The notes below the pieces were generated by a model. The model was not told where the DNA came from. It ran no database searches and was given only the letters and a program-made list of their open reading frames with translations. A DNA stretch of 64,000 nt from Ophelia neglecta (lineage: Eukaryota): NCBI GenBank assembly GCA_965285935.1, contig OZ260664.1, positions 18,228,001 through 18,292,000 on the forward strand, given 5' to 3'. The position numbers were made by a program, and so were the translations under genes. Shown one piece after another: positions 1 to 12,930 of this stretch; the first letter of the stretch is position 1, and each line of letters opens with the position of its first letter.

Positions 1-3000
1 TATACTAATGACATATCGAACATAATGATATTTAAATATAAGGTCTAGCGTCACCCAATCCAATTCGGAAAGCAGGGTTATATGCGAATATTCTTACAAA
101 AATGACTCATTGTACATTACATATTTTACCGATATGTTTTGTTTAAATATGTTTAACTCACAAAACAACATTTACAGAGAGAGACTGTCTTTAGTAGCCG
201 CCCTGCAATGTCACTGTTATATTATTTTTTGTCATCGTTCTACTCCGTTTAGGAAAAGGAGGAGAAGCAATCTGAGAAAACACGAATTGTCCGCTTACCG
301 ACACCCAATACTTGGTTAACCCGTCGCCAGGCGGCACATTTCCTGGATCATGTATCACGTGTGATGTTCCCAGCGTTATTTATAATCTTTAACATACTAT
401 ACTGGTCGGTCTACCTTTCCAATCCAGAGAGTGCGTGTTAATTGAGCGAAATTAAACAGTTAGCCCTATTTAGAAACCCCCCTCCAATGTATGAGGGTTC
501 ATATCGTTGTATATAATTATCTCAGCAACTATCTGATAACACCTGTATGGTTTGTTCAATAAATGTTACTCCAATATTCATTTCAATCACTGTTGTTTTA
601 ACTTAGAAGAAGCTAAAACTATTTCAAACCGGTAACTTACGTCAAGGAAGAGGCTTAAATCACTTTAATAGTTTCAATATATACAAATATACAACCTAGT
701 TAATTTAACTATTAACAGACGGTGGGCTTAGTGATGGTAGGATGTTATCTGCAGTCTATGTTCTGAAAAGACCTTAGCACTTCTCAGAGTATCCCGGGGA
801 TCCTTCGTCCCAGTTTGCTATAGACATCCAACAATGATGGTGTTTTCTCAATCTTATTCTTTTTTTAACTTCTCACTGAAAGTGATATCAAACGTTATTT
901 TTCACTCATACTTGTCATGGAGCTTGGGATTGACCATTGGATCGTCCATGCATGGTATTTCATAACTAATGTGGGCCTACGATTAAATGGATAAATAGAT
1001 AATTTTTAGAACATTTTCTATTATCACCAACATTTGTTGTGTTTGTCACAATCTATCTATGGTATTGTCTGATGGAGTGAAAAATAACAATCATATACGA
1101 GTCAAAAGAATTTTTCGCCGAGTCTAATTTAATTCGTGGAGTACAATCACAGACACTCACCTAATAGCTGTGTAGTCCTCGCATGGTCATGTTAAGGAGG
1201 TTCATTTTTCACGGACTAGGATGACCAATGGTTGTTTTACAAACATGCTTGACGCAGTTGGACCCCTAATTCTTCACAGCAAACCGGACAACTTGAAAAA
1301 AGAAATGAATTATTCGTTGGCGTTGTAAGAAAAACACCGAGAACGGTCACGCTATGTTTACTAGGTAGTAGATAATAGAAATAAAAAGGAGCCGAAGATG
1401 ACGTTTTATGCCCAGGTGCAAAAACCTATCTATTGTCCCCCGGACTACCATTGACAAACCGGGAGTGGATACCTGGCAAACAATCACCTCTCCTTTTGAA
1501 TTGTATATTTTCCAATTGTAAATTCCGATTTCTTGATAAAAATCTTCTTTTGGTATACGTTTGTAAATTTGTGGGCTACACCAAAGCTACTGCACTTTGA
1601 TCTTCTATTTACGGCATATTTCGGCCCTTGTCCAAATGGCTGACATATACACATCTTCAGCTTATTGATTTTTTTCATGTGCTACTTATATCGCGGCCAA
1701 TGCTTACCGAGCTTATTAATGTATTCTATTTACATAACACAAGTACTGACTTTATTATGGTTATACATCCTGGGATTTATGCTGCATGTGTGCTTATGCA
1801 TGGACCATGGTTGACCTTCAATTGACTAATAAAACGAGCTTGTAATTTAAGAGAAATAAAACTAATATTTAATAAGCGCGATAATAAAAGGCGATGACGA
1901 AGCTTCATTGCTTATTGATAAAGTTTATGCTGTGATTAACGTATGGCTAACAACGTGACGCGTTGAAAGCGTTAAATCGGAATGACGCTTTCAAACGACG
2001 GACAAAATCGCCGCTTGGATTAATCTTTAAGAATCACCCTACAACGCGACTTAGTGTCGTCGGCGAAAGCCAAAGTCGTGGCAAACGCGGGAAGTTCGTG
2101 CCGACTCATACACTTTTCGTTATAACCCTACCCTACCCCATTTATGCCTCAAATAACATTTGGATGAATGGCTGAGGGTCTGGTTAGATTTAGATAATAA
2201 ACTGATTGATATTGTTGATTGTAAGGTTATCGCTTGTCCCAAGACTTTCGCCGATCATATAACATCCTCATTCAATATGAGACAAGATCCGAAGGCATGC
2301 AATATGGTTACCGTTAGATGTTTCTTTTACAGATTCATTATTAAATGAAAATCAACATGATGTGTTGTTTGGTGTATTGCTGCAGCCGACGATTAACGAC
2401 TGATTTTATGATCTATTATTGACCAATGGATTTGCGTTGTCTGCCGTGTGTGCGCTCCCCTTTTATCCTTTAACCACATTGGCAATTCCTGATCTGTAAT
2501 AATACTGGCAGGAAAATAGTGTAGCGAGAAGAAGCATTAAGGGCGTCAGTATCTACATTGGCTAGGCAGTGTATACTTTGTTTAAAACTGACTAGAAGTT
2601 CAAGCTAGGTGAATAGCTATCAGTGGCCAGATGTAGTTCTTGAATGCCTAGCACCATTTGGCTGCGGACGTCATCGACAGTCATTCCAATTTGGCAGCAC
2701 ACACTATACGAATCCCTAATTGGTTTCGTATTTCATCACCTTCACCTCCAAATTGCGGTCACAGTAAATTACAGTGCAAGGATGTTCACATTAACCAGAC
2801 ACAGCTGCGAACTTATATACATGTATTTTAGTGCTCAGCCGGCGAGGAAGGATGCTATGGCCTTAACATCAACACATGACCCGCCACATCAGTAATTATA
2901 TCCACATAATAAACAAGAATGCGTAGATCAAAATTTATTTGGTCTCCATCGCACTCAGCGAGGGTTGTCTGCAGCGGGAAATAAGTGCATTCAGCCTGTC

Positions 3001-6000
3001 GCCGCAAAAAGAATAAATTTACTGCATTCAATATGCTTACATACAAGTAAGTTTGCCGATTCATGAATTCTATAAGTAATATATGTACATCGAGCATATA
3101 TACTAAACCGCTTGCATCTCGAATGTGTCTTTGACAAGTATCAATTTAAGCTTACAAACTCGAGGTGACCAAGAATGTATGTGTGCTGTTTATAACATAA
3201 CCCTGCTTATTCAGCTGGCTTTGGCATGGGTCATTATCATTCGTCAGCTTTACTTAAAAACAGGAACACGTGCAAGCTTTTCTTGCCGTTACTATATGAT
3301 ATATTTTACACGGTGAGATTTCTCTTTGGAATCGAATAAATACATCCTTTTCCTTTGCCTAGTAATCTCATCTGACGAGAAAACTGCCATGAGGCAACAT
3401 TAATTCTACTACATAGTCTACACTAATCAGTAAAGCATTAGACTGGTGCAATATTTGAAGATTGCTGTATGACAACAGAAAACCTAGGTGTGTATGGATT
3501 CCCGTTCAGACAAACTCACATCACTTTACAGTGTCACAACTATTTTTTGCCATGCTAGGAAGCCGCCGCAAGGAACTTATAAAAACAATAAAACTATAAA
3601 ATGCGAAATACATGTAACATACTGACGATTGTCTATAACATAGCTGGTTTTTTCTGTCCATACCAAGAGTGATTATTGTAAAGGCCTTCATGGTATGCCC
3701 TAAAGTCAATAAAAAATATCACGTGTTTCTCCTATTATATGCCTGTCTATAACATTTATAGAAGAAAACGCTTATTTCGCCCCATATCTGACAACAAATT
3801 GAACTGTACTAATTACCTGATAACGTCATACTTAAAACCAAATAGTCACTCTATATCCTGCCTACTATGTGTGTGTGCTCGTCCAACCATAGTAAGTTCT
3901 GATAACCGTGCTGGCCTGAATCAGGCCAAAGGCAGCTCAGGTGGCTACTTATCAATCAGCCGGCGTCACAAGTATCAACCTGGTAACTGTCGATCTACTG
4001 TCTGCTGTTCAAAATATAAATTGAGAAGGTAGAAGTCATAGTGTTATTTGGGTTAGGAAAACATACAGAATAAAGCTTTTCGATCATAAAAAATCATAAG
4101 GTCAACAACTATTTAACGCAACATTTTACAGATGACACCAAACAGATTTTGTCATAAAGGCAATGGAATGCCTAGTGAAGGAATTCCCTGTTCGTGATGA
4201 AAGTTAAACATATGTATGGACCATTATCTTTACGTTCTCGAGAATGTGTTTTTCCCCCGATGACCAATCATTAGTGGTAGTGAGCTCTATGATTGCTTAC
4301 CAGGATGGAGATTTGCGTATTGGTAGGATAGTTTCTTCAGATGTTGTAGGACTTATCTCAGTTTGTATTGATTGGAGAGTCGCAGAAGCACGATGGCCAG
4401 CCAATATGCTGGAGGTGCCATCACTTTTCTTTTGCGTTAAGGATAGGATGTCATGTTTTCAAACCCAACAAGGGATACTGCCACCCTATCTAAATTCTTG
4501 GATGGACACTTGTAAAATGTAAACCGCCATTGGATTTCGTAGAAACTGACACCCTTATAACATTTAAGAATATAATAGTATAATTATGAACTTTGAAGGG
4601 TTTTGTCAACCTACCTTCACTACGTCCACCACAAACACATCTGTGAGGCTCAATTTACTCCAGAAGATTTAACAGTCAACAATTGGTACATTTTATCCGT
4701 CAAGGCTTATAATAGGAGTGCACTTATTCTGTTATCTGGCTAGTATGAGGATACTAAGAGAATAATTTAGACTTTCGGGCGAGCTTTCTACATTCCACGC
4801 ATTGATGAAATAATTCTTGCCATTTGAACGAGCACCAGTTCTATAAGCAAGCAATATTCTTTAGCAGTGCATATGAGTGCATGATTCATTCCTAAATACA
4901 ACTGTAATGCGTTTCATTTGCGTTTTATTTGGATAGGGACAAACGGCTTAAATCGGTCCAATTATTGCAGCAATATTGCAGACCCTGCGTAATGAATAGG
5001 TAAAAAGCCGCATTTCTGACAACACCGAAGAATGCTTAAAAACATATAACATTTATGTTCCTTGTTCGCCGAGTTCAGACCAATGCGATACTTTATGTCT
5101 GATTATTGATTCATTGCCGGGTATTCACCTCCATTTTACCTTGGCAACACCGGACGGGCACACGATGTCTAGATGCCTAGGTTTGCAATTTCTAACATTT
5201 TTTTACATGTAAAACTTAGTAATTCGGTGCATTTATGCTGCTTTAATCCGTTAACATGAAAAATACAATGTGGATAAGGATGCCAATTATATGGCGTTTG
5301 ATAACAGTTCTTACGTGGCCTGATACCTTCAAAGTTCTGCCCAATGGCTCATTTTCAACTTTTGGTAGGAAGCCTTAATGAGGAATGCACGCAAACAACG
5401 GTCCAATTATGAAAAAACATAACAGACACTCATGATTTCGCTAATGATGATTCTGATATAGACATGAACAGAATCTTTGTTTAAATCCGGTTGAATAATT
5501 GCATTCATTGTAATACCTGCAATATTAAAAAATCAGCGTAATTTGTCTTTCAAACCTTGCTATGATCTGTATTAGCTCTGTCATGGAAATAATTTGCTGC
5601 GAAGGCACGTTCGCCACGGCACATTCTCTCTCAATAAGAACAAACTCAACCTAGCCTATGACAATTTTGCAATGCCAGTGATATTGTATAAATAAATATA
5701 GATTTCATTTACATTTCCTTGGCATGTTTTGGGCATGGAACTGTGGATGGATGTTTTTGCTCATCATCGCATGGCGTTTCCTTGTTATTGTTAGCCTATT
5801 AATAAATGAACATTTTATCGGTTCATTATTTTGTTTGGTATGCCTGGTGTCTAAACCCTATTGGTCTCCTTTAAGGTCAAGTTTGTTTATAAAAAAAGAA
5901 ATTTGTTATAAATGCATTTTGCAGAGCCAGGATGAAATCGGAATTATGTTACATTAAAAGAAAATGCTTCTTGAATAACGAAACTTTGAATCCGAACTGG

Positions 6001-7801
6001 ATAATGGGAATATGATGGTTAATTCTTGGCTAAAGGGACTTACGCTGATGATATAGCATGTCGTAGTATTGCAATGAATAAAACTTCTTTGACGATTTGA
6101 GTATACATAAATCAAATACAAATATAAACATGTTCCGATGTGTAGTGTCCCTTAATGGCACCGTGATCACTGCTTTTGGGTCCATTGATTTCGTTATCAA
6201 GTATATGTTATCCCCTTTTTGTAGGGTCGGGGAACGAAGTGGACACTTAATAGGCAAAATTAAGACTGCCTATTTCGTTTAAGGTGTGCCATTATTTATT
6301 ACATAAAAAAATAGGCAGAGGATATTAAAATGGATATATATAACAAAATACTCTCCATCGGCTTTATCCATACTGATAAGCTCTGTTACCGACAATCATC
6401 ATTGAGATACATGGTTGTATCATGCGTGTTTTTTAAATAGCCTATAAAGGAACACGACCTGCGGCAATATAAGCAACCATAATCAATCCCAAATTGCCAA
6501 AAGAGACCGAATGACACATAATGACATTCTTAAACATGTTACTCTTTCACTACCTGCGGCCTTTAAATATTGGGTTTGACTTGTGCATTGAACTTTGAAA
6601 ATAGTTCCTAGTGGTACTGCTTATTGATATACTCTCTTCCCCATTTCCGCGATCACTCTGTTTGTAAAGGTTTGGCCTTTACTTTGAGCTAAGAAAACAA
6701 ATGCTGTATTGATCTTGCAATTTAACTGCCCCCGCCCCCGAATCCCTCCCCCCCCCCCCCCATGCCCCAAATAAAATACCTAAATAGGTGATATTATTTG
6801 GTGGTCTGCTCTATATCATGGACAACTTTACACTCTGTAAAGATTTAATTACTGATCAAGATGTGGCGCCGCAAAACAAAGGGACATCCGGGCATCTGTT
6901 CATTTTAAAAGCAGCAGACGCGCTTGTATAAGCTTCAGATTTGGCAGTTGACAGAAGGTAGAATGTTTAAATCGAGAATTCAGGCGTGTGTGGCTAGCGT
7001 GCAGATCAGAAGACATAATTAATGGATGTGTAGCTAAATTCTTCACCTGTTAAACTTTTGATAGTGTAGGGGAACTTTGTCGTTTTATCCCTTTATTCTC
7101 TTTTCATCCGGTAAAGTTTAAAATTTGAAAAAAAAACTACGCGGAAAATGTGTGCAATAAAAGGCAGTTGCAAAACACATCGATGTGACCCTTGGAGCTA
7201 GTATATTAGTACCCACGTGACCTGCTTACATCGAAGTTCTTGTCAAGAACAAAATAACTAACTTTTTACAGTAAAAACTTAGTGGCAAATGCACGCTAAA
7301 GGCCTCTCTAATGTGTCCAAAATGCAAAACTGAAGCTCGTTATTTCGCCTATAAAAGCACTGAAATGCAAATTGTACATGGTCGTGGGTATAAAACTGGT
7401 CTTTTACTTGCATTTATGCGTAAGATTTCAGATGACACTTACTAAATAATATCCATTGCCATTTCATTTCTTTACCATCAACCCACACAAAGGCGAAACA
7501 AGCTATGATCTCTGCAGAGACGAATTATTAACTTCATCATGAAAATCATTAGCTGGGGAGGCATGCTCGCCACATCATTATTTTGTTCAAAATAGTAATA
7601 ACAAGGAAACGAAATATTTGCAAATAATGATATGTGACTACCCATAGTCAAAGAAAATTGGTATATTAAGCGCTATTGTCGCAACGAACACATAACAAAA
7701 GGCGGAGGAATGCAGAGATCTTAACCAAAGTAAAGTGTACAATCAGTCTGACGACTGCACGCTAGAGACTGTTTAAGAGATTTTCATTGACCAGAACGAA
7801 A

Positions 7802-8155
7802 ATGAACCAGTATGAAGGGGTCATGAGCAGCGACGGCCCGACGGTGACCGGGGAAGTTAGCACTTTTCTCGGTGATTCCTTCACCCAAACACATCTGAGA
7901 TCAAGTAATGTTGTTGCAGTGATCCAGTCGATTTCCACCCTTGTTGGACTGGTGTTCAATGTGGTCATCATTAGCACCTATCAACTGAGTCCGCGTCTGC
8001 GTACGCCACAGAACGTGTTTGTGGTGAATCTGGCCATCGCGGATTTTTTGGTTCTTCTAACATCCATCCCAGCCATCTACAGTATTCTGAGTGAAGAAGA
8101 CGGAAATGTCAATAGCGGTTATGGCTGCGACATATTCGCATGGTTCGTTGTTGAG
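7802..8155 (+). CDS. GPCR coding exon 1 (N-terminus, TM1, TM2, start of TM3)
   Basis: ATG at 7802; MNQYEG...NLAIADFLV...GCDIFAWFVVE; ends at the GC donor GAG|GCAAG, phase 0. Confidence 0.88.
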
Positions 8156-10701
8156 GCAAGGAAAGACTAAAATGCATGTTCGTCACATATCAAATAATAA
8201 AAAATCTTGAATGCAGTGATCTGCTTCAGATGGAACGTTATTGATAAGAATATGCAGATAGCTCACAGTGTTATGTTTCACCTTAACTGGAAAGATTTAA
8301 TTCAGCAAATTGGCAATTTCCTGCCTGGATTTAAAATAATGATAAATAATTTATTTATTATAGGTATGCGCCAGTTCGATGTGGTTCATTGGCGCCATTG
8401 GAGTCACCCGATATATCTGCATATGCCATCCCAACTTAAAATCCAAGATTTTTACATGGCCTAAATGTACCATTGTGGCCACGCTGATATGGATCTTTAA
8501 CACAGGTCAGAATATGAATTGATTCTTTTAACGCGATGCTAAAACTATTAAAACCGTGCTTCATATTTTCAACTTTTCATAATCCATTATTAAAAAAAAC
8601 TGGAACGACACAGCATAAGATTATCGTTATTAACTTCTATGTTTTAATGCCCGACTAATGGAAAAGAAATAGTTGCTGTTAATTCCTTTTTTATTTCATT
8701 TTCTGACAAAAAAAATTGACAGTATAAAATGATAAAAATTAGTAATAATACTAATCAGTGGGCATGAAGGTTTCAGGTCTCCAAATTTAAATATTGACTT
8801 TTATATAGAAATTCTCTTAATATATTAATGAATGCATAGGCACTGGTGAAGAAAGAAAAACATTCAGGTATGAGCATTTAGGGCAAAAGGCAAATAGGAT
8901 TGATTGAACGATTTTACCCTTACCTACCGACCCAGTATATTTATTATCATTACATGAGACGCATGGTCCTTACTAACGATGCTTATCCGACCAGTTTTAA
9001 TTCAAAGAAAAACATATTTCCTTAAGCATATGACAATCGTACCCTTAACGAAGTAAAACTTTGTATTTTTGTTTCAGGAGTTGTATTACCCGGCCTGGGC
9101 TGGGGCCGCTTCGGTTACCGAGAAAAAATACACATTTGTGCCATTGATTTTACCTACAACTTGCTTTATAACGTATTCTCGCTCATAGCAACGTACGGCC
9201 TGGTTGTCATCCTGATCTTGTATAGCTATATAAGGATTTTTCTTGTCTTCAGAGCCAGCAAAAGAAAGGTAACTTATGATTTGACTGTATTAGCGAACGG
9301 TTTGGAAAGTACTTTTCCGCTAATCCACTTATAATACCATATTACTAAAAAAAAGTCCACCTTTTTCTGCTTAACTGGGTCCTCGAAAATTGTTATCATT
9401 TGATGAAAGCTGTTTTTCACATGCTTTCTATACCTAGTGAAAGATTACAATAGCTTTCAGTGAGACATACCGCCCATAATTCATACTGATAAAGAACCGT
9501 ATATTGTACCTATAAAATGTTAAGTCGCATAAAAGCGTGACTGCTTCATATTTATTGCGAGTTTACCTGTTTATTGCCCTATCGAGAAGATAACACACCC
9601 TGTAACTCTTTATTTATTTTTGTTCAATATCAAATTCTTCAGGCAGCATGTAAATGATATTTTCAACCATATTTGTAACTGAACCATGCATGTACAATTA
9701 ATGGTTGTTCTTATTTCGATATTTGTGTCTTCAAAGGCATTTCATAAGCATTTCATGAGCATTTTTGGTTCACGTCCTTCTGACAAAAGTGGCGATTTTG
9801 ACTTTCCTATAATAAATTTCTAATACTTGTTAGCAATTTTCCAGCATATAGGGACGTACATATCCTTCTTAAATTGTCAAAATCATTTTGTTACACAAGA
9901 CTATTTCCATTTTCATTTAATGACAAATTAGAGACTTATCCATCTCCAGGGGCTCACATCAATAATATAGACCCCCCTACTCTTCTTGCGGAATATTTCA
10001 TAGTTGATCACTTTTGACAGTAACTCATTACAAATGGTATCATATTTAGTCTTTTTTCTTACACACTTGCTTACATCTATGGAACTGAGGATTGATACGT
10101 TTTGTTTTACGTAGCAGACGGTTCCCGGTGACCTAACCGATTAAATGCCTAATTCCTGATTAATGAAAAATGATAACGGTGTTCAGCGTATCAGTAAAAT
10201 GCCAATTATTTTCTATTTACCTTTTTTGAAGCCGGCTTATTTAAACGGTCTTGACTAAGCATTTTATATAAATTAAATCGCCTTCATTTAGGGAGTATAA
10301 CATTTGTTCCCCTTTATCGATAGGTTACCGGAGGAAACCCTGTGAATAAAATTCACAAGTCTGAATATCGCCTGGCTATACAACTCCTGGTCATTTTCGT
10401 CATCTACAACATATGTTGGGGTCCAATCTTGAACCTGAACTTGTGGATAGATCCGATGGGCGAGGCGGACCTGGCTATCTACGAGTTTTGTCTGTTTGCT
10501 ATGTACTTCAACTCGATGATCAACTTTCCTTTCTACATGTACTTCAATATTGCATTTCGTAAAGAAGTATGCCGAATTTGGTTACGACGAGGCAACAAAG
10601 AGAAGTCAACTTCTTCAAACGTGGTTAATTCGGGGCAAGGAACGAGATCGACTAGAGTTGGAGCCACCAGTACTGACGAGTTCCGTCAATCAGCTGGCTG
10701 A
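7802..10701 (+). CDS. Class A (rhodopsin-like) GPCR, melatonin-receptor-like orphan; join(7802..8155,8364..8505,9078..9268,10324..10701), 354 aa
   Basis: The spliced frame is continuous (1065 nt) and gives 7 TM helices. Motifs: TM2 NLAIADF, C3.25 exactly 25 residues before R3.50 in TRYICICHP (melatonin receptors have NRYCYICH), ECL2 GWGRFGY..C, TM5 SYIRIF, TM6 CWGP, TM7 MYFNSMINFPFY, helix 8 NIAFRKE. No opsin Lys at 7.43. Confidence 0.92.
8364..8505 (+). CDS. GPCR coding exon 2 (TM3 to TM4)
   Basis: ttattatag|GTA TGC...; VCASSMWFIGAIGVTRYICICHPNLKSKIFTWPKCTIVATLIWIFNT; ACAG|gtcaga, phase 1. Missed by the ORF track. Confidence 0.9.
9078..9268 (+). CDS. GPCR coding exon 3 (ECL2, TM5)
   Basis: ttttgtttcag|GA GTT...; VVLPGLGWGRFGYREKIHICAIDFTYNLLYNVFSLIATYGLVVILILYSYIRIFLVFRASKRK; AAG|gtaact, phase 0. 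Confidence 0.9.
10324..10701 (+). CDS. GPCR coding exon 4 (TM6, TM7, helix 8, Ser/Thr-rich tail)
   Basis: ctttatcgatag|GTT ACC; ...YNICWGP...YFNSMINFPFYMYFNIAFRKE...QSAG; TGA ends at 10701. Confidence 0.9.
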   Translation, partial: VTGGNPVNKIHKSEYRLAIQLLVIFVIYNICWGPILNLNLWIDPMGEADLAIYEFCLFAMYFNSMINFPFYMYFNIAFRKEVCRIWLRRGNKEKSTSSNVVNSGQGTRSTRVGATSTDEFRQSAG

Positions 10702-12804
10702 TGTAGATCGAAGTTAGCTTAACAGACTAGTGTCGATTAAATTTCGTCTATAAGAAAGTTCAAGCATTTTAGAGTAAAAGTTGGCAGATGGACTTTGTAT
10801 GACCATTTGATTATGCTGAATTCAATTGTGGTGTTTCCTTGACCTTTAAAATCGCATAAACAAAATGGCCGCCGATAAAAAGCTATTTCTTCAATTTCGC
10901 AACACCGAGGTCACCGAGGACTTCTAGCCATCCAGATTTTACAAAATGCCTGACATTTCGATAATGGCGGTCATTCCAATCTAAAGCCTAATCTACATCT
11001 ACCCATACATGCTAAGTGGCCAATGTTAGTTTTAAATGGTAGCTTTTCAGAGCAGGCCTGTGAAGACCATTTTCATTGACAATGGAAGCTCATTTCGACT
11101 TCGGTCGACAGGTCCGCTACATGCCATCTCGGACGTAACAGGAGAAGTTTGAGAGCACATTCGCGAGGAACAACGGACGTGCCTAAATTCAGACCCCAAT
11201 ATTTATCGTTTATCTCTTCGAATCAAAATATCGCTTGCTTCAATTGTTCAAATTATATTTACCAACTGTTTCACGAGTACTCATATTATATATTACATCG
11301 TTGGTGTAGCCTACAACCGGTCCAAACAGCACATACTGTCATCTAGACATATCACCCTTCTTATCTTACACCAAAGGATAAGACCTACCCATCACTTTGC
11401 TTAGTTCGGCGGCTCTCACACCATTCCTAAACATGCTCACATACCAGTAAGATGCCATCAACCCAATCTGAAATTATCGTCCACTATTCCTGTTAAATTC
11501 AGAACTCTGCTTGTACCCAGCCACTGATCATACCATCAACGATAGATGTCAGGATGGGCACCTGTTGCAGACTTTACAACCATCTAGTCGGTTGAGGATG
11601 GAATCACAGACATTCCTTGATAGAGGCCTGAATACTCCATCTACCATAGTTCGATGTCGGAAGCTTGTTTCATAATGTAAACACACATGGTTTGTGCACG
11701 GAGTTTAAATTGCATTTATACTGTATCGTCACATATAAGATGTTTGTAGATGACATTGTTTTTAGTGTACCGGCAAAGATATATATGATGAATGAAAATA
11801 GCTACCAAGAGTTATTAAAGGTCTCCGTTGACCATAGTTTCTTGTACATTTAAGATAGACACCGAAAGGAATGTGTGCCAGGTATATATATAAAAACATA
11901 CACATACATAAGGAACATAACAGATTAATAGTTACGCACAGAGACCACTTTTGTTTATTGTTTATAATTTGGTAATAATGTGTATACTACTCAAACCGCT
12001 AAATATGTTGTAAACTTATACATCTCGTCAATTTGGAATAAAAGTTGCATTCACTCTACCTTTGTATAAGCTACCTATTATGCCTGATCATAAATAACCT
12101 TATCTGAGTATGTCATTCTTGAAGGCTTGTTTATACAAGCAACATGTATTCCCAGAACGCATGTAATACCCATTTTCCAGTGAGGAAACGACTTATTCTT
12201 CCGTAAGTCAGAGTTAAAATGTCAGAGGATACAACATTTTGTTGCGATCAGTTATTGTTGATGACAGGATATGTCTCATGAGAGTTTTACACCTTGGTTT
12301 ATAAAACTGAACCCTGCTACTTTTCTTATGAGATTTATTGACTACAATTTAGGGTAGAGGTGCGAAGCTGAACAACTTAACTCTTGGATCTTTTCTAGCA
12401 ATGCCGCTGATATGCGAGCATATCTTCTAGCATAGTATTAAAATAAGGCTCTATAGTCTAGCATTTATAAAGGAATATGGTCATAAGTTAACTCATCCAT
12501 TTTTGCTCAATTCTTACTCGCGGAGGCCCGCCATCGGCGGTTTTGATGCAAGTACATGTAAAAGGTCAAAACGGTTTTCTTATTGCTAGGCGAAGCTTTG
12601 GGGCCATCTTCTGGCATCTTTCTGAAAGTAAGGATTCTCCCAGGCGGCCAGCGACCCGCCTCCACCCCCCCCCCCCCCCACACACACACACACTTAACCC
12701 CTCCTGTGCGCACATTATAATATCCCCTGGCTACATAAAGGCTGAAGCAGGTTTGGCACTGTTAATTAATTGTTCATTCTCGTGTTAAAATACTGCATTC
12801 TGAA

Positions 12805-12930
12805 CTAGGCTGTTGACTCATTCCCAGCCGTAGGGGGCGATACATCCTTTCTACTTGAACTTTTATGTCGCCGACCTCTTGCTGACCTTGGAGTAGAATT
12901 CGTCTGGTCCGTATGTGTCAGTCGATTCAC
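12805..12930 (-). CDS. TRP paralog A exon 10 (C-terminal tail)
   Basis: ttcctccag|GTG AAT; VNRLTHTDQTNSTPRSARGRRHKSSSRKDVSPPTAGNESTA, TAG stop. Confidence 0.65.
   Translation of the reverse strand: MNRLTHTDQTNSTPRSARGRRHKSSSRKDVSPPTAGNESTA

Noticed and set aside
110-7000. Short ORFs in 0-7 kb and most ORFs in 40-64 kb
   Set aside because: 60-135 aa, often non-ATG starts, no domain signatures or consistent splice chain; expected by chance.
7802-10701. GPCR as an opsin (GWGRFGY ECL2 looks opsin-like)
   Set aside because: Position 7.43 is Tyr (MYFNS), not the retinal-binding Lys.
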